Shown piece after piece: positions 11,352 to 20,331 of a DNA stretch of 64,000 nt (the first letter of the stretch is position 1; each line of letters starts with the position of its first letter). Source of the stretch: Methylotenera sp. (GTDB lineage Bacteria; Pseudomonadota; Gammaproteobacteria; Burkholderiales; Methylophilaceae). The stretch covers positions 5,363-69,362 of the forward strand of contig JADGRO010000016.1 of NCBI GenBank assembly GCA_017880905.1, written 5' to 3'. The notes beneath the pieces were generated by a model. The model did not search any database, was not told where the DNA came from, and saw nothing but the letters and a program-made list of their open reading frames with translations. The position numbers and the translations under genes are program-made.

Positions 11352-11424
11352 TCAAATTAATTTCAAAACAATGCCCCTGCAAGCCGCTCTGGTATTGTCT
11401 CACAGAGCCTGCTCAAATTAATTT
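11352..11424. repeat. 12-bp direct repeat TCAAATTAATTT
   Basis: Copies at 11352-11363 and 11413-11424; the second overlaps the stop codon of the esterase gene. Confidence 0.65.
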
Positions 11425-12041
11425 GCAAAGCCCCATTGTTTTAACGCTTGTGCCATTTTATTGCCCACTTCAACGTAGCCCTGCGCATTTGGGTGTATCT
11501 GGTCAGATTTTAAATCTCTATCCGAAAGCACATCTGAAAACACACCTGCTATCAACGGCGTTGCGGTTTCTTTAGCAAGTTTTTCATACAGCGGATGATC
11601 AGACAAATTACCAAGCGCTGCTTTTAATGGACTAAATACGGGAATCGCCACCAAAATTGTGGTCACGCCTTGTTTTTTAGATTGCGCCAAAATGCTTTTT
11701 AAATTGGCGATGGTTTCGCTTTCCGGCACTTGGTGTAAAAAATCGTTGCCGCCTAGCTCGACGATTAACAGTTTTGGTTGATCTTGTTCCAGCAAGGCCG
11801 GCAGCCGCTCTAGGCCGCCCGCTGTGGTGTCACCCGGAACGCCTTCGTTAATGATTTTCCAGCCCGTGGTTTTGGCAAGTTGCGTTGGGTAATCTTCACC
11901 CGTATTTGCACCTGTGCCGTAGCTTAGACTATCGCCCAGAATAAGCACTGTTGCGCCTTGTGGGATAGTTGTGTACTTTTCTTTGTGGCTGCCACAGCTT
12001 GTAAGGATTAAAATAAGCAGTAGATAAATAAGCTTTTTCAT
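11418..12041 (-). CDS. SGNH/GDSL arylesterase (TesA-like), lipoprotein
   Basis: GDSLSYG, N.GVPGDTT, ELGGND, D.IHPN motifs; LTSC lipobox. Confidence 0.9.
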   Translation of the reverse strand: MKKLIYLLLILILTSCGSHKEKYTTIPQGATVLILGDSLSYGTGANTGEDYPTQLAKTTGWKIINEGVPGDTTAGGLERLPALLEQDQPKLLIVELGGNDFLHQVPESETIANLKSILAQSKKQGVTTILVAIPVFSPLKAALGNLSDHPLYEKLAKETATPLIAGVFSDVLSDRDLKSDQIHPNAQGYVEVGNKMAQALKQWGFAN

Positions 12042-12056
12042 GCACTAAACCCTTAT

Positions 12057-12085
12057 AAAAAAAGCCAAGCAATTGCTTGGCTTTT
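12057..12085 (-). terminator. Rho-independent terminator (may act in both directions)
   Basis: AGCCAAGC-AATT-GCTTGGCT with A/T tracts on both sides. Confidence 0.8.
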
Positions 12086-12094
12086 ATCATGTCC

Positions 12095-12220
12095 AATTAA
12101 GTAGCTGAGTTAGATGAAATGCAAGGCGCACGGAACACAGGATATGAGATAGTACGCGGTTGTACAGCGAATATCCGAGTACCGCGTAACGCCGCAATTC
12201 GCTAACGCAGGCACTTAATT
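12095..12220. repeat. RPE-like palindromic miniature repeat element (~126 bp)
   Basis: Imperfect terminal inverted repeats (AATTAAGTAGCTGAGTTAG / reverse complement AATTAAGTGCCTGCGTTAG); internal CACGGAACACAG...GTAC...GTAC...CGAGTACCG. Confidence 0.6.
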
Positions 12221-12585
12221 TAAACTGAGAATGACGAACCGCAACCACAAGTAGATGTAGCTTGTGGATTACGAATCACAAATTGCGATCCTTGCAGGCT
12301 ATCTTGGTAATCAATCTCTGCGCCCATCAAGTACTGCAAGCTCATAGGGTCGATTAACAAAGTCACCGTATCTTTTTGTACCTGGGTGTCGTCTTCGTTC
12401 ACTTCTTCTTCAAACGTAAAACCGTATTGAAAGCCAGAACAGCCACCGCCGCTAACAAATACGCGCAGTTTGAGGTCTGGGGAGCCTTCTTCTTCAATCA
12501 ACTCTTTCACTTTTTTGGCTGCATTGTCGGTAAATACCAACGGGGCCGGCATTTCAATATCTGGAATTTCCGCAACTGTATTCAT
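12220..12585 (-). CDS. erpA: Fe-S cluster insertion protein ErpA
   Basis: [11 protein letters not shown] and CGCGSSF A-type carrier motifs. Confidence 0.96.
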   Translation of the reverse strand: MNTVAEIPDIEMPAPLVFTDNAAKKVKELIEEEGSPDLKLRVFVSGGGCSGFQYGFTFEEEVNEDDTQVQKDTVTLLIDPMSLQYLMGAEIDYQDSLQGSQFVIRNPQATSTCGCGSSFSV

Positions 12586-12606
12586 TTTTTGCTCCTTAAA
12601 CTTCTT

Positions 12607-12631
12607 AATGACTTAATCGTTAGTCTACTAT
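12607..12631 (-). promoter_or_regulatory. Putative IscR/Rrf2-type operator upstream of erpA
   Basis: Minus strand ATAGTAGACTAACGATTAAGTCATT; left half resembles type-1 IscR sites. Confidence 0.35.
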
Positions 12632-12657
12632 TTGGGGCTAATGTTCAAATTTACAAG
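12632..12657 (-). promoter_or_regulatory. sigma32-like promoter for erpA
   Basis: CTTGTAA-N13-CCCCAA on the minus strand. Confidence 0.5.
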
Positions 12658-12658
12658 C

Positions 12659-13042
12659 TTAGATGGTTTCTTCCGGCATATTATCGCCTAAATACACCAA
12701 TTTACCCTCAATTACTGCACCGGTGTGCATTTCTAGCGATTTGTAATATAAATCACCGGTAATGCGCGCTTTGGTTTGCAACTCTATAAAATGGCTGGAT
12801 TTCACCGTGCCAATGACTTTGCCGTTGAGCACGATTTTAGCCGCGTTCACTGCGCCTTCAATACTACCATGCTCACTCAAAATGATCGTGCTTGGAGTGC
12901 CGTTTTGCTCACTCACATCGCCACGAATCGCGCCATCGACACGCAAACCGCCATTAAAGTGCAAATCACCCTCTATGCGGGTATCTACACCTACTAGGGT
13001 ATCGATGCGATTATCTATTTTGTTGGCTTTTTTAAAAAACAT
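12659..13042 (-). CDS. Bactofilin (polymer-forming cytoskeletal protein)
   Basis: IEGDLHFNGGLRVDGAIRG, GAVIEGKL beta-helix pattern. Confidence 0.9.
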   Translation of the reverse strand: MFFKKANKIDNRIDTLVGVDTRIEGDLHFNGGLRVDGAIRGDVSEQNGTPSTIILSEHGSIEGAVNAAKIVLNGKVIGTVKSSHFIELQTKARITGDLYYKSLEMHTGAVIEGKLVYLGDNMPEETI

Positions 13043-13062
13043 GTACGTTCCTTAATTATTTT

Positions 13063-13425
13063 TTACCTAAGTTTTTTATCTAGCATATTTTTGTAAAATA
13101 ACAGGTCTTGTTTAATCTTAGTATTCTCATCTTGAACGGTTGAAAGCTGTTTAGCAAGGTTATTATTGGTTGCCAGCTCTACTTGCAACTCGCGCTGCGC
13201 CCCTACTAACTTCACTTCTAAATCTCTATTTTCAAGTGTTGCTTCGTGTAAATTTTCACGCATATTCACAGCATCATGCAGTATCCAATAGGCTATTGCA
13301 AAGCCTATTGCCATAAATACAGCAGCCACCAGCGCCTGAAAGTACCAAGGGCGCTGTGAGCGTACCGCCACACGCCTAGCGGTAGGGCCATAATAGTTGC
13401 GAACTCTACGGTCAACTGGTCTCAT
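13063..13425 (-). CDS. Membrane-anchored coiled-coil hypothetical protein (resembles the N-terminal half of DUF6776-type proteins)
   Basis: One TM helix, then coiled coil ending DLLFYK; upstream of bactofilin. Confidence 0.6.
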   Translation of the reverse strand: MRPVDRRVRNYYGPTARRVAVRSQRPWYFQALVAAVFMAIGFAIAYWILHDAVNMRENLHEATLENRDLEVKLVGAQRELQVELATNNNLAKQLSTVQDENTKIKQDLLFYKNMLDKKLR

Positions 13426-13428
13426 AAA

Positions 13429-14469
13429 TTATGGAAGCAATGGCACAATCTCTAATCCGGTGCTTTCTTCAAGCCCAAACATAATATTCATATTTTGCAC
13501 CGCTTGCCCTGCCGCGCCTTTCACTAAATTATCTATCACCGACAATATAACAATAGTATCACCATCTTGTGGTTGATGTACCGCAATGCGACACTGGTTA
13601 GAGCCACGTACAGAGCGCGTTTCGGGATGCGAGCCCTTAGGCAACACATCGACAAACCGCTCATTAGCATAGCGCGCTTCATATAGAGACTGCAAATCGA
13701 CCGATTTAGTTGCCTTAGCGTACAAAGTTGCGTGTATGCCGCGAATAAGCGGCGTTAAATGCGGCACAAAAGTAAAGCCAACTTTGCCCTTAGCCATATT
13801 GTTTAAACCTTGGCTGATTTCGGGCAAATGTCTGTGCCCAGCTACGCCATAGGCTTTAAAGTTATCGCTAGATTCGGCAAATAACGTATGCACTTCAGCT
13901 TTTCTGCCCGCACCGCTCACGCCTGATTTGGCATCGGCAATTAAATAGCTGGTATCAACCACGCCCGCTTCCAGCAATGGCAAAAAGCCCAATTGTACTG
14001 CGGTTGGGTAGCATCCCGGGTTGGCAATTAGCCGCGCTTTTTTAATGACTTCCCGATTAATTTCAGGCAAGCCATATACCGCCTCAGTCACCAAATCCGG
14101 ACAAGCGTGAGGCATGGCGTACCATTTCTCCCAAGTTGGGATATCTTTAATCCTGAAATCGGCGGCCAGATCAATCACCCGCACGCCTTTATCAAGCAGC
14201 TCGCGTGTTTGCTGCATGGCAATGCCGTTGGGTGTGGCAAAAAACACCACATCACACGCGTCTAGATTAGAACTTGCAGGATCGGTAAAAACCAAATCTA
14301 CGTAACCACGCAGACTAGGGAACATGTCAGCCACAGCCAATCCAGCCTCACCACGCGAAGTAATTGCAACAAGCTCAGCATGTGGGTGTACAGCCAATAG
14401 ACGTAACAACTCAACACCTGTGTAACCGGTGCCACCAACAATACCAATTTTTAATTTTTTAGTTGCCAT
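13429..14469 (-). CDS. argC: N-acetyl-gamma-glutamyl-phosphate reductase
   Basis: [26 protein letters not shown] motifs. Confidence 0.98.
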   Translation of the reverse strand: MATKKLKIGIVGGTGYTGVELLRLLAVHPHAELVAITSRGEAGLAVADMFPSLRGYVDLVFTDPASSNLDACDVVFFATPNGIAMQQTRELLDKGVRVIDLAADFRIKDIPTWEKWYAMPHACPDLVTEAVYGLPEINREVIKKARLIANPGCYPTAVQLGFLPLLEAGVVDTSYLIADAKSGVSGAGRKAEVHTLFAESSDNFKAYGVAGHRHLPEISQGLNNMAKGKVGFTFVPHLTPLIRGIHATLYAKATKSVDLQSLYEARYANERFVDVLPKGSHPETRSVRGSNQCRIAVHQPQDGDTIVILSVIDNLVKGAAGQAVQNMNIMFGLEESTGLEIVPLLP

Positions 14470-14505
14470 ACTTAAATTTACATACCAAAAACTAAACCTT
14501 AAATG

Positions 14506-14531
14506 AAAAAGGCCGCAAACGCGACCTTTTT
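14506..14531 (-). terminator. Terminator after rpsI
   Basis: GGTCGC-GTTT-GCGGCC stem (one G-U pair) followed by TTTTT on the minus strand. Confidence 0.75.
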
Positions 14532-14550
14532 AAATCTTAACCGCTGTAAA

Positions 14551-14943
14551 TTAGCGTTTAGAGAATTGTTTACGGCGGCGTGCTTTGCGTAAGCCCACTT
14601 TTTTACGCTCCACTTCACGTGCGTCACGCGTAACAAAACCTGCTTGCGATAAGGCACTTTTAAGTGCAGCATCGTAATCAATCAAAGCACGGGTAATACC
14701 ATGACGCACCGCGCCCGCTTGGCCAGATTCACCGCCACCAATCACGTTAACCATGATATCGAAACTGGCAAGGTTGTTTGTTAGCTCTAACGGCTGACGT
14801 AAAATCATACGTGCAGTCACACGTGAAAAATACTCATCTACAGGCTTATCGTTTACCACGATATTGCCTTTGCCTGATTTTAAGAACACGCGCGCTACTG
14901 AGCTTTTGCGGCGGCCTGTACCATAATTGTATTTACCAATCAT
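14551..14943 (-). CDS. rpsI: 30S ribosomal protein S9
   Basis: GTGRRKSS N-terminus, QFSKR C-terminus. Confidence 0.99.
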   Translation of the reverse strand: MIGKYNYGTGRRKSSVARVFLKSGKGNIVVNDKPVDEYFSRVTARMILRQPLELTNNLASFDIMVNVIGGGESGQAGAVRHGITRALIDYDAALKSALSQAGFVTRDAREVERKKVGLRKARRRKQFSKR

Positions 14944-14953
14944 TCTTAAACCC

Positions 14954-15382
14954 TTAAATAGTTAACGCTTGCGGTTGTTGTGCAGCATGTTCATGCTTAT
15001 CGCCAGCATAAACTTTCATTTTTTTAATCATTGCATAGCCCAGCGGGCCTTTTGGTAGCATGCCTTTTACTGCTTTTTCTAAAGCGCGACCCGGAAAACG
15101 GTCTTGCATTTTAGCAAATGTAGTTGTGCTGATGCCACCTGGATAACCAGAGTGGCTGTGATAAAGCTTGCCTTCAGCTTTTGCGCCCGTTACTTTCAAT
15201 TTGTCGGCGTTAATCACCACAATGTAATCGCCAGTATCCACATGCGGCGTGTAAATGGTTTTATGTTTGCCACGCAAACGGTGCGCTACTGCACTTGCCA
15301 AGCGACCCAGTACTAAATCAGTCGCGTCGATGACAAACCAATCGCGTTTTACTTCATGCGTTTTAGCAGAAAAAGTTTTCAT
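14954..15382 (-). CDS. rplM: 50S ribosomal protein L13
   Basis: [25 protein letters not shown] motifs. Confidence 0.99.
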   Translation of the reverse strand: MKTFSAKTHEVKRDWFVIDATDLVLGRLASAVAHRLRGKHKTIYTPHVDTGDYIVVINADKLKVTGAKAEGKLYHSHSGYPGGISTTTFAKMQDRFPGRALEKAVKGMLPKGPLGYAMIKKMKVYAGDKHEHAAQQPQALTI

Positions 15383-15422
15383 ATCAGAACTACCAAATAG
15401 CTTAATAAAATCAAGAGCGCGG

Positions 15423-15452
15423 ATTATATGCTTTTGGGCGAAGTCTTGTCAA
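15423..15452 (-). promoter_or_regulatory. sigma70 promoter of rplM-rpsI
   Basis: TTGACA-N18-TATAAT followed by a CCGCGC discriminator. Confidence 0.8.
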
Positions 15453-15572
15453 TTGCCAAGCACCTAATAATTGGTGATTTTATTTACCGACTTTTTAATG
15501 CAATTTAGATTTTAAAGTAATTTTCTTCAAATCCCCTTCAAATTCTAGTCGACTTATCGATAGATTATTAGT

Positions 15573-15588
15573 TGGCACGCCAATTGCT
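15573..15588 (+). promoter_or_regulatory. sigma54 (-24/-12) promoter
   Basis: TGGCACGCCAATTGCT, GG-N10-GC, about 80 nt before the FimV-like ATG. Confidence 0.8.
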
Positions 15589-15669
15589 TAAATTGATTTA
15601 AGAAGCAATCTGAATAATAAACATTAAAAGTTGTACTTAATACTTATAATAGATAGATGGGTGAACGAT

Positions 15670-17514
15670 ATGCAAACCAATTACACACTTAAGCAGGCGG
15701 TTATTACCGCATTAACCATTCTAGCCTTTGGCGCAGAAACTAACGCGCTGGCGCTTGGTTTGGGCAATATAGATGTTAAATCGTATCTTGGACAACCCTT
15801 GCGTGCAACTATTAAAATACAGGGTGCTAGCGACCTTAAAGGTGATACTTGCTTTAAGGTAATTAACGATTCCGATACAGAGAATCAATTATCTAGCGCA
15901 AATTTTAAGCTATCTAAAGCTGTCGATGATGTTGCAATTTTGACAGTGACTACCAATCAAATCATCAATGAACCGATTGTTAATTTATCTGTACTAGCAG
16001 AGTGCGACTCCAACATGCGTCGTGATTATGTGTTGTTGTTAGATCCGCTTTTAACTGCTGAGGATGAGAATTCTGCAGATGAAGTGTCCGGCAGTAATGA
16101 CGACAAAACCAGCACAAAAGAAAATAGTAAAGTAGAAACCAGCCTATATAAACAGACTATAAAAGTACCTGTTGCTGCTAAAAAAAGCACTTCTACAAAA
16201 AAACATAGAAATGGCAAAAAAGCTAATAAAAACATTGTATTAAAAAATGGTAATAACATTGATAAGTCCACTGAAACACTTCCTTCAAGCTCAAAAAATA
16301 ATGTCACAAAAGAAGCGAAACCGCGGTTAACAATTTCTGGTGGTGGTGCTTCATATGTAAATTTGAATAGCACAGAGCTGCGTTTAGATAAGCAACTACA
16401 TTTCACACCAGAAACAGCGTCCCAAGCATTGGCTACTGATACTGAAATACAAGACGAGGCGACGGTAATGAGCCATCGTCTGGCACATCTTGAGAAACAG
16501 ATTAGCGCTTTAGCACAAACTAACCAAAAGCTAAAAACGGATAATCAGCATAAAACACAGCAATTAGAACAAGCTAATTCAATGCGTAATAAACTGGATT
16601 GGCTGGGCTATATTTTGGGTGGTGGGCTACTAATAAGCAGTCTTACCGTAGCCGATAAATGGCGCCGTCGCCGTCAAATTCAACGGCTTGAAAATGCGCG
16701 ATTGGAATGGGCAAACCACAATGAAACAGCGAATGATTTATTGGAAGAATTTGATACAAATGACAATTTTTTTGAGTCTGAAACGCATCAAACATTTAAT
16801 AGCGATGCTGAAAAGTCAGCAGAAAAATCTGGTGACGCCGCTGACACTGAAAAGGCAGTTGTTCCTTTTTCAGTTGAAGAGTTTAATTCTGACCATAACA
16901 TTTTAGACCATGCCGATGTATTTTTATCGCACGGTCGTACTAGTTTGGCTATTCAATTATTACAAAATCATTTACTCGAGTTCCCAAAACAATCTGTTAC
17001 AGTTTGGATGTTTTTACTCGATTTGCTTGCTAAAGAGAATTTACAAGCTGGTTACGAGCAAGCCGCGCTTGAGTGTAAAGAACACTTTAATATCCAAATT
17101 GCTGATTTTTCTAAACCTGAAGTCGACTCGGCCAATACCTTGGATTCATTTCCACGTATTACCGCAGGGTTACAACAAGCTTGGGGCAGCCCTGCTGCGC
17201 TTACCTACCTAGATGATTTAATTTACAACAGCCGTCTGGAAATCCGCGTTGGTTTTCATAAAAATATCATTGAAGAACTCATTTTATTAAGAAGTATTGC
17301 CCAGGAAGAATTAAAAACTGCAGAAGTGATACAAATGGATGAAAAGAAATTGGCAATGAAAGAACTTAAAGAAGTCCAACTTGCTGCCAAAAAAGAAGAG
17401 AAGCTAGAAAAAATGCATGAAATCGCGTTAGCTGATGAGCAAAAAAAACAAGCAGCAGCAAAGCTTGAAAGCAAAGAAGCGATGTTTGAATTTAATTTAG
17501 TCGAGTTTAAGTAA
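15670..17514 (+). CDS. FimV/HubP-like polar landmark / type IV pilus assembly protein
   Basis: LGLGNIDVKSYLGQPLRA FimV-type N-terminus, coiled coil, single TM, acidic linker, C-terminal helical repeat (HADVFLSHGR...A...L). Confidence 0.75.
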   Translation: MQTNYTLKQAVITALTILAFGAETNALALGLGNIDVKSYLGQPLRATIKIQGASDLKGDTCFKVINDSDTENQLSSANFKLSKAVDDVAILTVTTNQIINEPIVNLSVLAECDSNMRRDYVLLLDPLLTAEDENSADEVSGSNDDKTSTKENSKVETSLYKQTIKVPVAAKKSTSTKKHRNGKKANKNIVLKNGNNIDKSTETLPSSSKNNVTKEAKPRLTISGGGASYVNLNSTELRLDKQLHFTPETASQALATDTEIQDEATVMSHRLAHLEKQISALAQTNQKLKTDNQHKTQQLEQANSMRNKLDWLGYILGGGLLISSLTVADKWRRRRQIQRLENARLEWANHNETANDLLEEFDTNDNFFESETHQTFNSDAEKSAEKSGDAADTEKAVVPFSVEEFNSDHNILDHADVFLSHGRTSLAIQLLQNHLLEFPKQSVTVWMFLLDLLAKENLQAGYEQAALECKEHFNIQIADFSKPEVDSANTLDSFPRITAGLQQAWGSPAALTYLDDLIYNSRLEIRVGFHKNIIEELILLRSIAQEELKTAEVIQMDEKKLAMKELKEVQLAAKKEEKLEKMHEIALADEQKKQAAAKLESKEAMFEFNLVEFK

Positions 17515-17519
17515 TGGGT

Positions 17520-18395
17520 TTAGCGGCGAAAATAATATTGCGCCGCCAACCCTAGAAACAGCACTAAACCAATCCAGTTGTTAAATAAAAAAGCATAAAA
17601 ACAATTATTTTTATCGCGTGTTTTAATTAATTGGTATTGACCTAACACTAGGCCTAGAGCGGATCCTAAGCCCAAGTAATAATACTTTTCAAAACTCATA
17701 AATTTGCCCACATACCCCAGCAAACCCAGCATAACCGCATAGCAAATCATCACTGCAATCACATCATATTGCCCAAAGAATATCGCGGAAGATTTAATGC
17801 CTATTTTTAAATCATCGTCCCTATCTACCATCGCATACTCAGTGTCATAAGCTACCGCCCAAAATACATTTGTAGCCAGCAAAACCCAAGTTAGTGGCGG
17901 AATGTAGTCATTCACTGCAGCAAATGCCATGGGGATACCGAAGCCAAACGCCAAGCCCAAATAAGCTTGTGGAATCGCCAAAAAACGCTTAGTGAACGGG
18001 TAAGTCGCAGCTAAAAATAGCGCCGCGAGTGATAATAAAATAGTGGTTTTATTAAACAAAAGTACCAACGCAAAAGCCATTAAACATAAGCCAGCCGCCA
18101 AACAATACGCCTCTTTTAGGCTCACTTCACCTGTCGCAAGCGGGCGATTTTTGGTGCGTTCCACTAGGCCATCATATTTGCGGTCGGCAATGTCATTCAT
18201 TACACAGCCCGCGCTACGCATCAGCACTGCGCCTGTGATAAAAATCAGCAGTGTAATCCAGTCGGGAACGCCGCGCGAAGCCAGCCACAACGCCCATAAC
18301 GTCGGCCACAGCAGCAGCAAAATGCCGACAGGCTTATCTAGGCGCATTAAGCGTTCGTAAGCGTCTAATTTTTTGCTTAAGTTTTCAAAATTCAT
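17520..18395 (-). CDS. ubiA: 4-hydroxybenzoate octaprenyltransferase
   Basis: MRLDKPVGILLLLWP, NDIADR..D, YDT.YAMVDRDDD motifs. Confidence 0.97.
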   Translation of the reverse strand: MNFENLSKKLDAYERLMRLDKPVGILLLLWPTLWALWLASRGVPDWITLLIFITGAVLMRSAGCVMNDIADRKYDGLVERTKNRPLATGEVSLKEAYCLAAGLCLMAFALVLLFNKTTILLSLAALFLAATYPFTKRFLAIPQAYLGLAFGFGIPMAFAAVNDYIPPLTWVLLATNVFWAVAYDTEYAMVDRDDDLKIGIKSSAIFFGQYDVIAVMICYAVMLGLLGYVGKFMSFEKYYYLGLGSALGLVLGQYQLIKTRDKNNCFYAFLFNNWIGLVLFLGLAAQYYFRR

Positions 18396-18937
18396 TTTAA
18401 TAACTGCTCTAAATAAACTTCAGTAACTAATATCTTAGCGCAATCTAATTGAAACACCGAGCGGCGCGCCCATAATGTTTTTGGTTTATTTGACAGATGC
18501 TCTGCAACCCTTATAGATATTGGATGGTGGCGTGGTAGCTTTTTATAATCTAGTAGCGTGCGTATTACTTTAGGGTTAGCAAATAAAGCTGCACCAAGTG
18601 GTTTGTTGCCCAACTTACCCAAACCGCGCCAAGCCCCGCGCAAGCTGGCATGCGGCAACACACTATGCGCAAACACCACGGGTTGATTGTTGCCCATCAA
18701 TAACACCTCGCGAATCAGTGCATGCTGATTGACTTTCAAGCCAAGTAGCGCGGACTCATCTTGCAACGCTTTGGCATTTTTTAACAACACCGGCCGCACC
18801 GAAAAATCTGTGTAGCGCGCCTTTAACCGCGCAGTGAGTGAGCCAGTATCAATCAACCAAGGTTGCAACGCTTTGGCTAACATCGACTTTCTAAGCCATT
18901 GCTGACGCTGCTGAGAACGATTTTGTTGAATTTTCAC
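18392..18937 (-). CDS. ubiC: Chorismate pyruvate-lyase (start approximate, GTG at 18937)
   Basis: GSLTARL, REVLL, VFAHS, LGNKPLG..LF, WARRS.F, VTEVYL; upstream of ubiA. Confidence 0.9.
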   Translation of the reverse strand: MKIQQNRSQQRQQWLRKSMLAKALQPWLIDTGSLTARLKARYTDFSVRPVLLKNAKALQDESALLGLKVNQHALIREVLLMGNNQPVVFAHSVLPHASLRGAWRGLGKLGNKPLGAALFANPKVIRTLLDYKKLPRHHPISIRVAEHLSNKPKTLWARRSVFQLDCAKILVTEVYLEQLLK

Positions 18938-18968
18938 GGTTGAATATCGCACGCCCTGCTGTAACCAA

Positions 18969-20303
18969 TTAAGGTAGCTCTGCCTCAAAACTATATTGGC
19001 CGATAACTCTCCCTGGAAATTTCTTGCCTTGGTTATAGTCAACCCCAACAAAATCAACAAGCCCAACGTTTATTCGATCTTTGCCGATAGAAATATCAGA
19101 TATTTGATGCCCGTTAATTGGTAATTGCACAGACCATTTCTTTTTAAGCTGGGCATTTAGGCTATACTCTAAAACTTGCAACGAGTTATTATCCTCACCA
19201 AAATCAACAATTATTCGATCTGGCTGGCAATGCATTAAACTTATCCTCGTTGCACTAGCGCCTTGTAAAGGCAAATAAAAGGATCGTGTTTCCCCATTTG
19301 TACCTGCAATTAGCTCTACTCGCTCAGCGGCGCCTGCGCTTTTAAAAGTTCCTTCTGGTACTCCAGCTACTTTGACGAATTCAGCCTGATTTTCTTTTGC
19401 AAGCTGTGTAGTGAAGTGTCGCTTCACAACTTTGTCACAGTTGCCGAGGATTTTTGGAACAAGGTACATCTGCTTCAGTTCGTAGTCGCTCAGTTCAATT
19501 TTTTCATCACTTTCTTTCACTATGTTTGCTTGCACTTTCACTGCTTTCATCTCTACATACTCCCTGAGCGAACGCCTTTCGTCAGGATCAACTGGAGGGT
19601 TCAAGTAATAACAAGAACCTGCATCTGCAATATAAGGTAACTCCATATTTAACTTAGCACTTTCCTTAATGGTTTTCCCCGACCCATCTTCATTGATGTA
19701 TTGGTGCATTTGCCCGCTATTGTATAAATCCACGTCTAGGCTTTGCCTAATTTCAGGTGTTATTTTTTCGTTCATTTCATCATTATTCTGAAGCAGATTT
19801 ACACGCAAACTAGGTGGTGCCTGTTCATAGGGTACTTGCTTCCATATTTTGTTATCCAGTTTGAAAACTGCAAACCCTTCTCGTGGAAATCCATACTCAG
19901 AACATTTGGCACCTCGCACTGGTAAAACCACCCACGGCACATTATTAACCACATCAAATGTGACTGGAAATGTTTGATCCATCACGGGTATATTCGAGTT
20001 CTCGTAAGTCCAGGGAGGATAGTCTTCAGTATTCAAAGCTAATGAATATTTGCCTGTATACCAATATTTATTAGCGTGCACCGTAATCTGCTTCCCATCC
20101 GTAGTTTCAATCAATTGCTCTGTCACAAAGTGTTCGGGCACCACATATCGGTACAATGTAGAAATTACTGTGGCTGGGCTGACTGCAGAAAGCAGGCCAG
20201 CAAACATCGCTAACATAAGTAACATAACTACTATTGTAAGCAGTGTAATTACTAGCCACTTAATGAGGGTAATGAGCTGGGCAAAAATTGATTTATTTTT
20301 CAT
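18969..20303 (-). CDS. Hypothetical membrane-anchored periplasmic protein
   Basis: 444-aa ORF with an N-terminal hydrophobic anchor; no family recognised. Confidence 0.65.
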   Translation of the reverse strand: MKNKSIFAQLITLIKWLVITLLTIVVMLLMLAMFAGLLSAVSPATVISTLYRYVVPEHFVTEQLIETTDGKQITVHANKYWYTGKYSLALNTEDYPPWTYENSNIPVMDQTFPVTFDVVNNVPWVVLPVRGAKCSEYGFPREGFAVFKLDNKIWKQVPYEQAPPSLRVNLLQNNDEMNEKITPEIRQSLDVDLYNSGQMHQYINEDGSGKTIKESAKLNMELPYIADAGSCYYLNPPVDPDERRSLREYVEMKAVKVQANIVKESDEKIELSDYELKQMYLVPKILGNCDKVVKRHFTTQLAKENQAEFVKVAGVPEGTFKSAGAAERVELIAGTNGETRSFYLPLQGASATRISLMHCQPDRIIVDFGEDNNSLQVLEYSLNAQLKKKWSVQLPINGHQISDISIGKDRINVGLVDFVGVDYNQGKKFPGRVIGQYSFEAELP

Positions 20304-20331
20304 AATTTTTATAATTAGTTAGATATTCGCA

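Noticed and set aside
20318-20324. GTTAGAT core-site match between recG and the 444-aa gene
   Set aside because: Wrong orientation for a cassette carrying that gene and no matching inverse core
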